This document shows positions 1 to 15,597 of a DNA stretch of 64,000 nt, piece by piece. The position numbers and the translations under genes are program-made. The notes under the pieces were generated by a model, which was not told the origin of the DNA, made no database searches, and was given only the letters and a program-made list of their open reading frames with translations. The DNA is taken from positions 138,384,001 to 138,448,000 of the forward strand of contig OX597817.1 of NCBI GenBank assembly GCA_951406725.2, written 5' to 3'. This DNA is from Octopus vulgaris (Eukaryota). Numbering within the stretch: position 1 is the stretch's first letter; every line of letters starts with the position of its first letter.

Positions 1-271
1 GTGTCAACATCTAACACGACTGAATTTGTGGTCTTCACTTTCCCTTTCTGGAAAGTGGCCTTGGCACACTTCTCAAGTCCAAACTCCATCCCGATGTCAT
101 CGCTGAATGCTTTCACAGTGCGCAATAGGCATTCAAGTTCATTATTGTCTTTACCATAAAGTTTTAAGTCATCCATATAAAATAGATGGTTTATTTTTTT
201 ATTGGCAATTTTATACCCATACCCTGTTCTGTTTAATTCACTTGTAAGGGGTATTAGGGCTATGCAGAATA
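1..271 (-). mobile_element. Dong/R4-clade non-LTR retrotransposon, RT core fragment
   Basis: Minus strand reads FCIALIPLTSELNRTGYGY..INHLFYMDDLKLYGKDNNELE..FSDDIGMEFGLEKCA (YMDD motif). It runs off the window edge and abuts an (ATT)n tract. Confidence 0.85.
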
Positions 272-535
<264 letters not shown>

Positions 536-538
<3 letters not shown>

Positions 539-1080
539 TAGTTTTATTTTTATAGCGTGCTTTCACTTCACTGCCGAGTGCAGCTCTGTGTGCCTTGGGT
601 ATGTGCTGTGATTTGTTGTGATGCTCTGATGGTTATTGTATGGAAAGTGTTCTGCGTAGGATGTGTACAGTGCCTAGTAGTGCAATTTTCTGTATGTTAT
701 ATGTGTTTGTAAGTCCTGGTGTTTTTGTTATGTATTTGTCTGAATATTTTTTTATCATGCCTAATGCACCTACTATGATAGGAATTGTTTCTGTTTTTAG
801 ATTCCACATTCTGGTTACCTCTATTTCCAGGTCTTTGTATTTTGAGAGTTTCTCCATTTCTTTTAGAGACACGTTGTCATCTGCCGGTATTAATACATCA
901 ATTAGAAAGCATTTTTGTTCTTCATGATCTCTGATAACTATATCTGGTCTGTTAGCCTTAATTTCTCTATCTGTGTGTAAGGCATATCCCAGAGTATGGT
1001 TGCTTTCTCGTTTTCTGTGACCTTTTCTGGTGTGTGCCTATACCATCTTTTTTCTGTGTTGGCATAGCTTCCAGTGTATG
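536..1080 (-). mobile_element. Dong/R4 3' end (restriction-like endonuclease domain + 3' UTR), 5'-truncated
   Basis: RPDIVI..LIDV..KLSKYKDLEIEVTRMWNLKTETIPIIVGALG..QKIALLGT; nearly identical to 3824-4385; ends in (TAA)n. Confidence 0.9.
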
Positions 1081-1123
1081 TTTTTATTATTATTTTAATT
1101 ATGTTTTATTATGTTTATGTATG

Positions 1124-1220
<97 letters not shown>

Positions 1221-1222
<2 letters not shown>

Positions 1223-3795
1223 GTTTGGGATTTTGCTTTAATTTGTAAAAGTTGACTCCAAGCCTCACCCAGAAACCTCAAGAGATAACAAGTTCAAGTT
1301 GGTATTATGTCTAGGGGACCATATTTTTGGTTTTGCACAGAGTATTGTTTTAGAGAATGTCTGTGAAAATGTAAGAAAATTAGAAGTTTGTTTTAAAAGT
1401 AATTTGATTATAAGATGATTGTGTGATGTTAAGATGACAGTAAAAGGTCTTTATTATTATGTATATTTAAAAGTACTTTTGACAATATTTACAGATTAAA
1501 ATGTTTTGGGGATTATGAGCAGTTCCCATGAGCACTATTTTTTAAATTTCTACCATTTTTGGATTTCCTGATATCTGAGGTAGGTAGCAATCAGACCCTT
1601 TTGCTATCATTCCTAGGGCACTTATAATAACAGGTATCGTTTTAGTCTTGAGGTTCCACATTTTGTCAATTTCCCTTTCAAGATCTTCATAGGTAGTGGG
1701 TAGCGACTTTCTTCACTACTTCAAGGAGTGACGACCCTGCCTGACACGAGTCCCGGGCTCAACTGGCTCCAGCTGACAGTACCCGGTATGGGCCCCTATC
1801 CAGGGTTACGGAAAGGAGACAACCTTCAAAGAAATCCGGAGTGGTGCCCCGTAGGCGGTTTAGTGTTCGACTCGATACACTCCCGGCAGCTCCTGCAACC
1901 AAGCTGGTGCCAAATGCAATGCTCTACACTCCTTTGGATCATGTCAGCAAGGTCAAGAGAGGAATCCTGACGATTGGGCTACCCAGGATTTTCTTACATC
2001 TAGCCCAGGCCTGCACAAAAGACTTATGCGCAACTCCATTGTCCCCCGAGACAAAAGGATGCCAACAACAACAATTTCAAGGTACTCTGTGAAATACTCT
2101 GTGGGCACAAGAAGACTGCACTGAAGGTGGTTTATGTTCCCATGGGACAGGTCCACATGTTTGTAAATTACCCAGTGAATAACCCGTGCTGGTCTGTCAT
2201 GCCTGTTGAGATACTCCGTGGGCGCAAGAAGACTGCGCATGAAAACATGAACAATGGTTTCATTTTGTTGTTTACACACACGACATGTTGGGCTACTGCC
2301 GTTCTTCAATATGTTGGCCTTGTAGTTCCTTGTAAGTAGGCATTGATCTTGGGATGCTATGATAAACCCTTCTGTTTCTTATTTTAAGCGTTCAGATCTG
2401 TCTTGAGAATGGCCCTTACCCTGCGATAACATTCTCTTCTGATCCTTTCCCGCATCACAGAATGTTTGATTCCATCACCTTCAAATACCCCTAGGGATTT
2501 GTAGCTCTCCGCTGGTTCAACCAGAAGTTAGGAATTTTATCCTTTCCTGGAGACTTCTATTTGATTGACTTCCTGAGAGCAGATCTTACATCCTCTACCT
2601 TGATACCCTCCCACTTTTACTCTTCTAAGGAGTCTAAGTCAGTAATCAATCCAAGGGGCCTTTTCATTGTCTGTTTTTTCTTCTCAAATTTTATTCCAAA
2701 ATTCCTTTTGATGGGACAGGCTTTACTGTAACTGGTATTTTTCCTATCTTCCTATAACGCGCTCTTCATGCCTAGCTATGCGGGCAGCTTTAGCACATAC
2801 CTTTTGCTTAATAGTTTCTATTGGGGGTATCGATGTCAAGTATGGTTTTCATATTATATTTTTTAATTTTCGGAATTTTGTTGGTTTGATAGTTTTGTCA
2901 AACTTTAGGTTTTTTAAACATTCTATGGCAGACCTAAGTAGCTGAATTTGGTGTTGATACGCTCTTGTCAAGAAGGCTTTTTGTGGGAGTATTGTTATTT
3001 TCTAATTTTTTCACCACAGAATCGTTGAGATTTTCGCAGATACATAAATATTGGTGGTTGAGATCTATAATATCAACATCATTAGCTGAAATTATATCCT
3101 TAATTACTTTCAGGTTTTGGTTAGAATTGCGAATTTTTTGGAGAGTGTCACGTTTATTCATATTGGTTTCTTTAATTTTCAGCCATTCAATCATGATTTG
3201 ATTTTTTAGATCATCTAGTTGTGTTCGGGTCAATTTCTGCGTGACTTACTTCTTCTATTTGATTTTCATCTGCGTTGGTGTTTATGGTTGGTTCAGAGAG
3301 TATTTCACTTAGCTTATCAGTTACATTTACTCTTTCAATCATTATTGCATTTTCATCAGACCTGGGTTGGTCTATAATTATTTCCTCTGTAGTATCTTCT
3401 TTAGCCGCAGCTTCGTTCATTTTATCCCTTACTGTTTGTTTAATTTGATCAATCTCTACTTCAGTCAGTAATTTCTTTTTCATAATGTTTCTTCTGACGT
3501 TGGCAAGTTTGTTACTGTCGATGTCAGGTCTTACTTCAAGGTGTTTCTGTCTCCAGTTTAAGTAGGTTTGTACAGTATTAGATTTATTTGTGAGGAAATA
3601 CATGGCATCATAGAAAACCTTAAGAACTTCTTTATTATCTCTCTTAGACCATTTCTCATTCGTTTTCATTTGGATATTTGATGACGAGCTTGGATGGCGA
3701 TCTGTTAGAATATTCCGGTTGTGGGGTACTCCCAGCTCCTGTGTTTCCGGAAGAATTGAACCAGTAACTGATTTTTCGTATCCAGTCTGGTTCCT
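1221..3795 (-). mobile_element. Internally deleted Dong/R4 element (N-terminal domain, zinc knuckle, RLE end, 3' UTR)
   Basis: 3211-3669 ORF KWSKRDNKEVLKVFY..W..P..KLANVRRNI..E.DQIK resembles the R4/Dong N-terminus. 1953-2309 ORF has CRVCKQQNETIVHV..EYLNRHD. About 1600-1690 reads DLEREIDKMWNLKTKTIPVIISALG. (TAA)n lies on both sides. Confidence 0.75.
1690..2045 (+). mobile_element. GC-rich insertion within the Dong element, possibly an RTE LINE 5' UTR fragment
   Basis: Abrupt GC-rich segment interrupting the Dong coding sequence. Resemblance to RTE 5' UTRs is from recall only. Confidence 0.35.
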
Positions 3796-3823
3796 TATTA
3801 TTATTATTATTATTATTATTTTT

Positions 3824-4991
<1,168 letters not shown>

Positions 4992-5031
4992 TATTATTGT
5001 TGTTGTTGTTGTTGTTGTTGTTGTTATTATT

Positions 5032-5532
5032 TAGTGAGAGAGAAGTGTATACCATCAAAGTGACACTGGGGTAAAATATACGAAGCCCAATATACCCATC
5101 ATGACTACCCGTCTGATAAGGGTACACTAGGCACATGCATCACAACCATATGTGCTCGACATGGTGATCTCATATCAAGATAAACAGCACATGACCTTGC
5201 AGGTGGGGCCCAGTTAGAATTTTGTTCAAGTTGAATCACCCATCCCGCTCAAAAGGTTCCTGAATAAGGGTTGTTTAAGGATGCTGAACGAAACACCAAT
5301 GTTTCCAAACGTGAATTATCCAACCCCCAAAGAATTCGTCTCAAAACATAGCTATGATGCTCCCCCACTACTTTTGCTCGTGATCAGAGATGCATATATC
5401 GTCAGACCCCGAGGAACATGCTCAGCTGGTTACGGTCAAACAAATGACAAGCAAATCTGTGGTATTGAGCAGAATATTTGCTGTAGCCCATCTTATATAC
5501 CAAGACAAAGAAATGTGCATGATAACTCTTCC
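5032..5532. mobile_element. Non-coding interspersed repeat between (ATT/GTT)n and a Dong fragment
   Basis: About 500 bp non-coding block abutting a trinucleotide tail; family not identified. Confidence 0.4.
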
Positions 5533-6572
5533 ACGTTTTCTGTGACCTTCTCTGTCGTGTGCCTATACCGTCTTTTTTCTGTTGTTATTCCATAGTGTTG
5601 GCATAGCTTCCAATGTATGGAGGTCCTAACTCTGTTGTGTCTGTGAATATATTCCTTGTTAGCCAGGACTGGGCAGCCAGAAATAATATGATTTATTGTT
5701 TCTTGCCCATCTCCACATATTCTGCAGTTACTTGTTATGTTTTTTTTTCATTACATGTTTTTGGTAATTTCTGGTGGGGAGGCTTTGATGTTGTGCTGCA
5801 ATTAAAAATCCTTCAGTCTCTTCTTTGAGTCCTGAGCTTCTCAGCCATTGTTGGGATTTCGCTTTGTTTGTTTGTTTTGTGTTTAGTTTAACCCAGTATT
5901 TGCCATGTAGGAGCTTCTCTTGCTATCGTTCCATCGTGATACGCTGCTGTTCCAGTTTTAGTTTGGATTTCAGCTGTTTTACAGCTTTTGTTGTTTCTTC
6001 TTTTTCTTCATAGTTGTCAGGTGGTATGACTTCTTGCTTGTATTTATCAGCTTCCTTAAAGACTGAAAACAGTTTTTTGTTTTGTTCGTGTTTTGTAGCT
6101 ATTTAGTTTTCCTTGCTTCTGAAGTAGGTATTTCTGTAGTCCTATGGTGGTCATTTTGTAATAGTTTTCTAGCTGTATAAGGCCTCTACTACCTTCTATA
6201 CGTTGTATATATAACCATTCTATGTCAGATTTTGGGTGGTGCATCCTATTTTAATTAGTTTATTTAGTGTCCAGTTAAGAATATTGTAGCTGTAACTTAT
6301 AACTTAGACGGCTAAAGTGTTGATGCCTATTATCTTGTTTTTCGCATTGAGCTCTGTTTTCAGTATCAATCTAACTCGTCTATAGTGTTCTTTTTTTTAT
6401 TTTCTTTTTCATTTGTGTGTGTTGCATCGTATCTAGTTCATGGATTACTAAATATCTGTATGTTTGGCTTTGGTCTAATTCTCTTATTTCATTTGCCTTA
6501 TCTAGTGTGATGTTGCTACTCTTTTCTAATTTTCCTCCTTTCAAGGTTGCTTTGACTCATTTTTCTAAGCCA
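5533..6572 (-). mobile_element. Degenerate Dong/R4 fragment (RT thumb to zinc knuckle)
   Basis: MHHPKSDIEWLYIQRIEGSRGLIQLE (HPKSD.RLY.R.GGRGL motif); 5533-6100 is homologous to 4300-4890, with frameshifts. Confidence 0.85.
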
Positions 6573-7099
6573 GTGTTATTACATTAATACTAAATAATCG
6601 GTTCATCAGGTTTATTTATAAAACCCATTTGCTTGATGAACTTGTATTTTCAAGAATATAAATTCTTCGTGCAAGATGTTCTTATCTCTTTATTTGCATA
6701 TTATAGTTACAGCAAAAAATAAATAAATAAATAAATAAAGACCCCCCCACACACACAAATACATAATAAACCAAAGATTCAAATTAACTGGTCAAGAAAT
6801 AGGATGAATCGAAGACAATACCAAACAATAAATGAATGAATACATAAATGATAGATAAAAAGAAGATAAGAGATTCTTATGTCGTTAGAACCATGCGTCT
6901 ATTAATAGCCAGTGTTGTTCTGATTTTATTAAGAAGGCTGGACACATAATTCATCGTCTACTATGTAATTAGATATTGCTGTGTGTTATCTGGAGATAAT
7001 GATCAACTATAAACTGTTAGCAGAGTTATGCATCATGCTCTCTCGGACACACACACACACACACACGGACACATACATGGACACACACATACATACACA

Positions 7100-7180
<81 letters not shown>

Positions 7181-7299
7181 TTCTAAATAGATAAAAACTG
7201 AGTTGTTTCACTTCGTATTTAGGTCTGCAAGATTCTTGCTGTGAATTGGTGTGTTGCAACAAATCTTTTTTGCGTCAGACATCGCATGCAACAGATCGA

Positions 7300-7560
7300 T
7301 ATCATTTCTATATTACTAGCCAGTTGGTTAAATATCTTACCAACTAATCGATCGTCTGTTTAATGATCTCGTTAAACAATCAGTCGGTTGTTTGAGAATC
7401 AATGCCCCTTTCGTCGCTAATCGCGACCTTCTCGGAGACTTGTGATCGCTCTTCAAGGTAAGCTCCGATTGTTTAATCAACACATTAAACAAACAATTGA
7501 TTAGTTTGTTGACTAGATATATATAACCAATTGACTAACAATGAAGAAGTGATATTGAAT
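7300..7560. repeat. Imperfect inverted repeat (old MITE-like)
   Basis: Left arm ..CTAGCCAGTTGGTTA..AACTAATCGATCGTCTGTTTAATG..TTAAACAATC versus right arm GATTGTTTAA..CATTAAACAAACAATTGATTAGTT..TAACCAATTGACTAA. Confidence 0.55.
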
Positions 7561-7689
7561 GAGTGCGTGTGTTATTATTGTTGTGATGACCCTCCCAAGA
7601 CATAACATTCATTCTTTGAAAAAAAACCGAGTGACATTAATGTGTGTGTGTATGTGTGTATACACACATAAATAGATACATTAACAGGT

Positions 7690-8040
<351 letters not shown>

Positions 8041-8064
8041 CTTCAGTTTACATCAAAGTAACGG

Positions 8065-8230
8065 TCGCTCTCTGACAGGTTTATGGTCGAGCCTGTGGCA
8101 GTGGAGACTTCCGGCATTCTCCATCCCCGGACCACATCTTGTTCACCGCTATGAGGAGCGGGTCCTGTGAGTCAGAGTGGCTCTCCCAGCACATCTCCGT
8201 CACCATCTTCTTCTGGGGTAACAGCTTTTA
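8065..8230 (+). mobile_element. Remnant of the C-terminus of an RLE-type (CRE/HERO-like) retrotransposon
   Basis: Translates LSDRFMVEPVAVETSG.. and ..SEWLSQHISVTIFFWGN, resembling F.P.AVET.G...QRISIA.QRGN. Confidence 0.45.
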
Positions 8231-8638
8231 CCTTTCGTCTGCTGGGACCCTGAAGCGGACGGGCTGGCTTTTAATGGACATTTCTTTGTTATGAAGAGGA
8301 GGAAAAGGAGGGATGTGATGACTTAGGCGGACCCGCCCTTCATCAAATTTAGAAAAATATTTCATTGAGTAGTCTAAAATTGCTCTATTCCTCGTATTCC
8401 AGGACACCAGGGGATCCACGGAGCCCCTGGTGTACTGGGGGGGGGTCTGTGAACTGAATTCAAAGTCACACACACACTCTTATTATTTACTTTTTATTAT
8501 TTAGTTGAACGCGACACATCCATTTCCAAGTATGTATGTATGTATGTATGTATGTATGTATGTATGTATGTATGTATGTATGTATGTATGTATGTATGTA
8601 TGCATGTATGTATGTATGTATGTATGTATGTATGTATG

Positions 8639-8683
<45 letters not shown>

Positions 8684-9893
8684 GCACATACATAAGAGTA
8701 AGCATGTTAAAAGAGGTCGTGGGAAAACTTATTTAGATAAAACGTTGGGAACCACTGTTCGAGAGGATTTCTGGTATGGTTTTATGGCAAAGGCCCTCGT
8801 CTTATAAAACCACCAATTCTAATTGCCAGAAGAATCAGACAAAACTTAGGATACAACGTAGCAATTGCTTCTGCTTCAGTTTGACGTAAAGCACGAAAGC
8901 CGGGGCCGCCAGGAGCCACCGGAATACGGATTAGATAGACTCTGTATTTTGAGGGAGTAATTCGGAAGGTTATAGCTCTCAGTTTTACACCGTTCCAAGT
9001 TTAGTGCAGCCAGGGGCAATGGCGAGAGAACAGACGGGGGATTGTCTGGGAGAGATGATTGGGTTACTTGTACTATAAGGAGTCATTTTATAGAACTGTA
9101 GGAATTCATCTGCTGCTGCCCTGCTTTGGGTAGGCCAAACATAAGTACCACTCTGAAACAAAGTACCACGCGCACACACATACACGTACATGTGTGTGTG
9201 TGTGTGTAGTGACACAGTAGATTCTAAAGACTGTTTTCTGTTTGTGTATATAAAATAGAGTCATTGTTGTCATTTTTGTCAGCAGGTGGTCGACGTTAGT
9301 TGGTGCGTAAGGTTAATGGAATTAACCCTTTCGTCAGACATTAAACATCCCATCACTGAGATAAGCATATGTCTAATCTTATATTACTATGCCTCACTGT
9401 ATATTAATGATTAACACAAATGAGTTGATTGTTTATAAGAATCTTGCCTTTTTATATAAGAATCTATCGTTTTGATAACGGAGGGATTACAACCCAGTTG
9501 AGTTTCCAATCACGGTACTACGTCAATGACAAGTAAACGAACCATGGCCCCTAGTAAGCACAGGCTGATGCCTTGATGGAGAAGGGGCCAATTGGTTGAA
9601 ACCTTTAAAGTCAGGGCAAGAAGGCCTCTCGCTATTTTTCTTGAGTTTCTGCACTTTGAGTTCAAATCCGGCCATGACCAAACTGGGTGACTGACAAAAT
9701 CAGAAACCCCACTTAAGCACCATTATTTAGCACCTTGGTGCTTTTGCAGAGCCTACTCTGATGCAAAGATTCGGGGCAGGGCAACCTTTTCACCATATCT
9801 TCCTCCCTTTCTCTCACTTCCTCACTCTTTCTCTCTCTCACACATTCTCTCTGTCTCTTTCTTTCTCATGCATATAAATATACACACACATGT

Positions 9894-9968
<75 letters not shown>

Positions 9969-10214
9969 CTTTAGTTAAATATATTCAATGAGAATATTGA
10001 GTGCTCTATTGTATCAAAGTATTAATACTATTAAAGTATTTATATATTTAATATGAGCGATTATATATATTTTATATAATATTATTAGTATCAAGAAATC
10101 TATATTAGAAAATTCTTCAGAAAGATATATACGTGTGTAAAATAATTGTTGTATTAAAAATATAAATATATATAAATATATGTAAATATGTATAAGCATA
10201 AATATATAATAATG

Positions 10215-10498
10215 GCATTTTAAAAGTTTCGATTGAAAATGCAATTTTAAAGATGTTTATTCACTTGACCGGTTTAACTTTTTTAGAAAAAGATTGTCAA
10301 AAGTAAAATTTAAAAGTTTTGTATGAGCTTTGTTGTGTTAAGTTCTGGTTATCACAAAAGTATTAAAATACAGATATACATTCTTTGATAATAATAAGAA
10401 AATGTTAAAAACAGTTTCCAAGAAAGTATTTAGGAAAGTAATCAGAACGAGACTCCAAAAAGTATTTAGAGTTCAATAAAAATCATGTTTGTTTGGTA

Positions 10499-10500
<2 letters not shown>
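10215..10500 (-). mobile_element. Penelope-like repeat fragment, family A (paralog of 14215-14487), with mutated HHR
   Basis: About 270 bp highly similar to 14215-14487; HHR motif at 10260-10307 has GAAA changed to UAAA. Confidence 0.65.
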
Positions 10501-10541
<41 letters not shown>

Positions 10542-10687
10542 GAAGGGGATATATTTAAGAATTTAGAAAAAAATGTAGAGGAATAAATGACCTTTCTGAG
10601 ATTTTCTCTTGTGTGTAGCTAAGGAATGATAGATTCGCCATGATAGATCGCTAGCCACTACACATTCTTTATTTTCTCTCCTTGTTC

Positions 10688-10723
10688 CTTTCTGTGGAAG
10701 AGCGTAGGCTCGAAACATTAAAT
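10688..10723 (+). ncRNA. Variant hammerhead-like motif, family B (degenerate)
   Basis: CTTT-CTGTGGA-A-GAGC gtag GCTC-GAAA-CATT-AAA; position 6 is non-canonical and stem III is mismatched; paralog at 30045-30080. Confidence 0.45.
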
Positions 10724-10948
10724 ATTTTTTCACTTCTCGAGAGTTAAGCTAACACATCTGTTTGTTGTCTACACCATTTGTCTTCGTCTTGTTTTTTTCA
10801 TGAATTCTCCCTATATATATATGTGTGTGTGTGTGTATGTGTGAGTGTGTGTGTAGTTAAAAAGAATTTCGTTGAAGAGATTTTCTCCCACGTGTGCATT
10901 TTCCTTCTTTTATTATATATTTGTTCACCACACACACGCACACACACA

Positions 10949-11016
<68 letters not shown>

Positions 11017-11843
11017 CGTTTTTAGCCACCATCTCTGAAGAGTCGTGTATAATGCCAAGTGCAAATGTCGGGGCGAAACCGATGTTAACATTCCCGCCAA
11101 TGAAATGGAATAATCACAAATAAAGTACTCAGCCACGCAAAAATATAACTGCTCTATTCCTCATATTTAGCGTGCGCTTTCTACTGACAATTTTCGTGTG
11201 TGTGTGTATGCACATGCACTTATACACACACGCATACACACACGCACACACGCACACATATATACATGTACTAACTCATATATACACACGCACACATATA
11301 TACATGTACTAACTCATATATACACACGCATGAACATGCATATATATTCACGACTCCTTAGAAACATTTTGTTTGCAGAACGACTTTCTACGCAGAACTT
11401 AAATCCCAAAGCAACACATACAAACTTACATAGATACACACATACATGCATGCATACAAACACACACACACACACGCACACACACATACATACATACATA
11501 CATACATACATACATACATGCATACATACATACATACAAATATACATACATACATACCTACATACATACACACATAAGCACATACATATATACATGAAAA
11601 AACGCATAAATACACACATATATATACATGCATACATGTATACATACATATACGCATGCATACATACATGCATGTATGCATACATATATACACACCTACA
11701 AGAATACATATGTTCATATTTCGATAAAAATGTACATACATACATACACACATACATACATATATACGTACATACATACATACACACATACATACCTGCA
11801 TACATACATGCATACATACATCATACATACATACATACGTACA

Positions 11844-11874
<31 letters not shown>

Positions 11875-11929
11875 TTACATACATACTTACATATATACAT
11901 ACATATATACATAATACATACATGGTGAT

Positions 11930-12150
11930 TGTCTCCTCTTTACGCATAGTCTGACCGCATCTTGTACTTAACCTTAGATTCACCATGACGTCAGAGGTGA
12001 CTTTTTAAACCAGATAAGGGATTGAAAAGACACCCACATCTATTGCACTTCCGATTTGGACCCTCAAGAGCTGCAGTTCTGATCTTAGTGGATCTTATAA
12101 ATGTCTTTTATGGCTCCCGTTAGATTGGCAGACCTTATAGCATACACGGC
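11930..12150 (-). mobile_element. RTE LINE 3' end fragment (C2H2 zinc-finger region)
   Basis: ECRVCYKVCQSNGSHKRHL.IH; homologous to 33660-33800 on the opposite strand. Confidence 0.65.
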
Positions 12151-12151
12151 A

Positions 12152-12201
<50 letters not shown>

Positions 12202-12932
12202 TACATACATAATAAATACATACATACATACATACATACATACATACATACATACATACATACATACATACATACATACATGCATACATACCTATGTGCA
12301 AGCATATTTATGTTGGTGTATATATGAGTGGAAGAGAAGGCGTCTGCAACGACCATGAGGATAAAATGATGCTGATGGTAATGTTAATGATGATAATGAT
12401 GGTAATGATGATGGGTGATATAATAATGATGTAAATGATGATGATGATGACGACGACGATTGCCGAAGTTAACAAATGAAGTTTAGAGAAATTTTCTTTT
12501 TAAATGATTTTCATAAAGGAACCACGCCCTCCTCCATCTCCTCCTCTTGATAATAATGATGATGATGATGATGGAGATGATAATGATGATGATGATGATG
12601 GTGATGATGATAATAATGCTGATGATGTTGATAAGGAGCAGGAGAAGAAGGTGAAGGTGGTGGTGTTGGTGATGGTAGTAGAGGTGCTGGTGGCGGCGGA
12701 AAGATTATCCCCGACAAACGATGATGATGATGATGTGGTGGCGGGGATGATGATTAACAGGAGTTAAAAAAAAAAAAATTGATCTTTGCATTTTTTACAA
12801 AACGAAGGGTCTGCCTCCCCCCCTTCTCTTCCTCCTCTACCTTCTCCTCCGTACATTAACCTTTACTATCTACTTCCATTAGATATTTGGAGGTGAGAGA
12901 ATCTTGATACATTTTTAAATAAACACTATACA

Positions 12933-12997
<65 letters not shown>

Positions 12998-14173
12998 CTT
13001 TGTGTTCATAGGTATTTATGTATGTATATATGTATGTATATATATGTACTTATATGTATCTATGTTTATGTAGGCGCGCGTATGTGTATGCATGTAAATA
13101 TGTATATAATTTTTTAGGTCACTTCGTATCAAAGCTAACCGTAGTGGGAATGAACAACCTTACAGTGTGTCAAAGTTGAAATTTATTCTTTAAACAGAAT
13201 GAACGACCGTTCAACAATGTCATTTTGTTTCGTTAAATATTATTACGGCCTCTTACTGGCCTCAATAGCAGCAGTATCTTTAATTAAAACCTTTCTATCT
13301 CCACCTTCTCTCTGTTAATTCTTTATTACTTGACCCGCACCCTTTCTCTCCCCAATATACCGTTTTGCGTAGCATAACATTAAATATGTTTCCCAGATAA
13401 CGGCTGTTTCTAGTATTTATACAAAGAAGAAGCAAAGCCATTTCTAATAACTTGCCAGAGAGATTTGGAAGCATAAGTCAAAGACAGTGTTGTCTTTAAG
13501 ACATTGAAGCGAAGTCTGGATTTCCAGCAGTTTTGATGTATTATTATGCACTTCTAATCTGATGATGCCAGGCCAGGGCAATGTACGGCCACTATTCTCA
13601 CGTGCAGAGCCTTGAAAATATCTGTTGATGCAAAAAAGAAAGATAACTAGTTAAAAATAAGATCAATAAAGAAGATGTTTACACATAAAAATAAAATCAG
13701 TCTTTAAAATCTCATTTAGAATTCTTTAAATTTAGAATAAATATACTTAGAATATTTTATTTATATTATAGTGGAGATAGTTGATTATTTATTAAAAGGA
13801 ATTAAGTTACTTTTAATCACAGAATGCTATTATTAAAGTCTCCACTGTCTAGAAAACTCCTAAAAATTCCAGTTTTGATATATGTATTTTTTCCTATCAA
13901 AATGTGGTTTTAAGGATTCTTTTCAACAAGACGATAAATTTTAATTCACTGCAAGTCTTATACTGCGACAGCCTTTTGGAATGTCTCTTTGTCTGCCTTC
14001 TCTCTCTTTCCCTATCTTCTTTGTTAATATATTTCCGATAAAGAATTCCATTGTTGAAGCATCTACTGTTCGTGTTATCGTAGTTCATATCATGAACGGA
14101 AATAGAAATTATACAATCCCATCTCTGCAGAGCGGCAGTTGTGTGTTTATACAGGTTCTTAATACCAAAATAT

Positions 14174-14209
<36 letters not shown>

Positions 14210-14214
14210 GAAAG

Positions 14215-14487
14215 AAGGTTTGAAAATGCATTTTTAAAGATGTTTATTCACTTGACCGGTTTCACTTTTTTAGAAAAATATTGTCAAAAGTAAAATGTAA
14301 AGCTTTGTATAAGTTTTGTTGTGTTAAGTACTGGTTGTCACAAAAGTATTAAAATACTTACATACATTCTTTAAAAATAATAAGAAAATGTTAAAAACAG
14401 TTTACAAGAAAGTATTTAAGAAAGTAATCAGAACGAGACTCCAAAAAGTATTTAGAGTTCAATAAAAATCATGTTTGTTTGGTAGTA
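14215..14487 (-). mobile_element. Penelope-like repeat fragment, family A
   Basis: Paralog of 10215-10500; contains an HHR motif; bounded by (CA)n and (TA)n. Confidence 0.65.
14247..14294 (-). ncRNA. Minimal type I hammerhead ribozyme, U3-A8 core variant
   Basis: Minus strand: TTTACTT-TTGACAA-t-ATTTTT ctaa AAAAGT-GAAACCGGTC-AAGTGAA. Stem I 7 bp, stem II 6 bp, palindromic stem III ACCGGT, GUC cleavage triplet. Confidence 0.7.
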
Positions 14488-14493
14488 TATATA

Positions 14494-14568
<75 letters not shown>

Positions 14569-14577
14569 GTATGTATA

Positions 14578-15597
14578 CAGGATGCGGTAAATATATGTCT
14601 AAATTATGCAAAAATGAAAATAACGCTGACATCTCATTTTAACAGATATATTTACCAAAATTACATAAAAAGATGAATGGAGACATAACGTCACCATCAC
14701 AAGTGATCACTTCAAACACCATGATGTAAACTGGATGTTTGATTTTTATCACTCTCGGTTCATATTTTGGAGACACGGCAAGCCAACAGTTGGTCTGTGT
14801 TTCATCATCTGATCCTGGCAGAAGCTTTTCTCGTCTGAGAAAAACCAAAGCACATTCGGTTGGAGGGGATGCTTGAGTTTGTTCAAAAGCATCATAGCGC
14901 GGTCTTTCCTCTTGTCCTTGATGGCTTGGGATAAAAATTGGCCCCTTCTCATCTTGCACGAGGAATACCTATTTCTTTATTACCCACAAGGGGCCAAACA
15001 CAGAGGGGACAAACAAGGACAGACATAGGTATTAAGTCGATTACATCGACCCCAGTGCGTAACTGGTACTTAATTTATCGACCTCGAAAGGATGAAAGGC
15101 AAAGTCGATCTCGGCGGAATTTGAACTCACAACGTAACGCAGACGAAATACCGCTAAGCATTTCGCCCGGCGTGCTAACGTTTCTGCACGAGGAATACCG
15201 AATGTCTTCATGCACTACCTGGCTGATAAGAAACTTAGACACTTCCATGTCTCTGGCGATGGACGTGATTAACTTGGACGGACCGTTGTCAATCATGGCC
15301 TGGATCTCACCAACAAATTTAAGTGTTCTTTTCTTATCAGAACAACCAGATTGAGTTTTCCAAGCTACCATACCTTAGTAATCACCATTAGACTCATCCA
15401 ATGCTTTCCGAATTCTCTGCACTGTCCCTCAAATTGACAGTCATAGAAACTGAAATGTTCGTATTGAAGCTTCCGGCGCGAATGCTAAGCAGTACAGCAT
15501 GTTGTTTCCAAAATCCTGGCAGAGAGAATTGCGACATAGTGCTGTTTTTCTCACAGACAGAAATATAAAACGATGACAATTTACCCATCGCACCCAG
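14578..15597 (-). mobile_element. Internally deleted Tc1/mariner-superfamily (maT/DD37D-like) transposon, interrupted by a SINE
   Basis: LWFFSDEKSFCQDQ, KIKHPVYIMVF.VIT.DGDVM.PFIF and HTH-like SIARDMEVSKFLISQVVHEDIRY; TA-flanked ends with weak TIR similarity. Confidence 0.8.
14965..15187 (-). mobile_element. tRNA-derived SINE family 1, with 15-bp TSD
   Basis: B box GAGTTCAAATTCC on the minus strand; TGCACGAGGAATACC duplicated at 14955-14969 and 15185-15199. Confidence 0.9.

Noticed and set aside
1690-1800. HDV-like ribozyme in the putative RTE 5' UTR
   Set aside because: The nested double pseudoknot could not be established by eye.
11198-11986. Long THTYIH/MYVC ORFs (also 53257-54463 and many others)
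   Set aside because: Translations of (TACA)n/(CA)n repeats.
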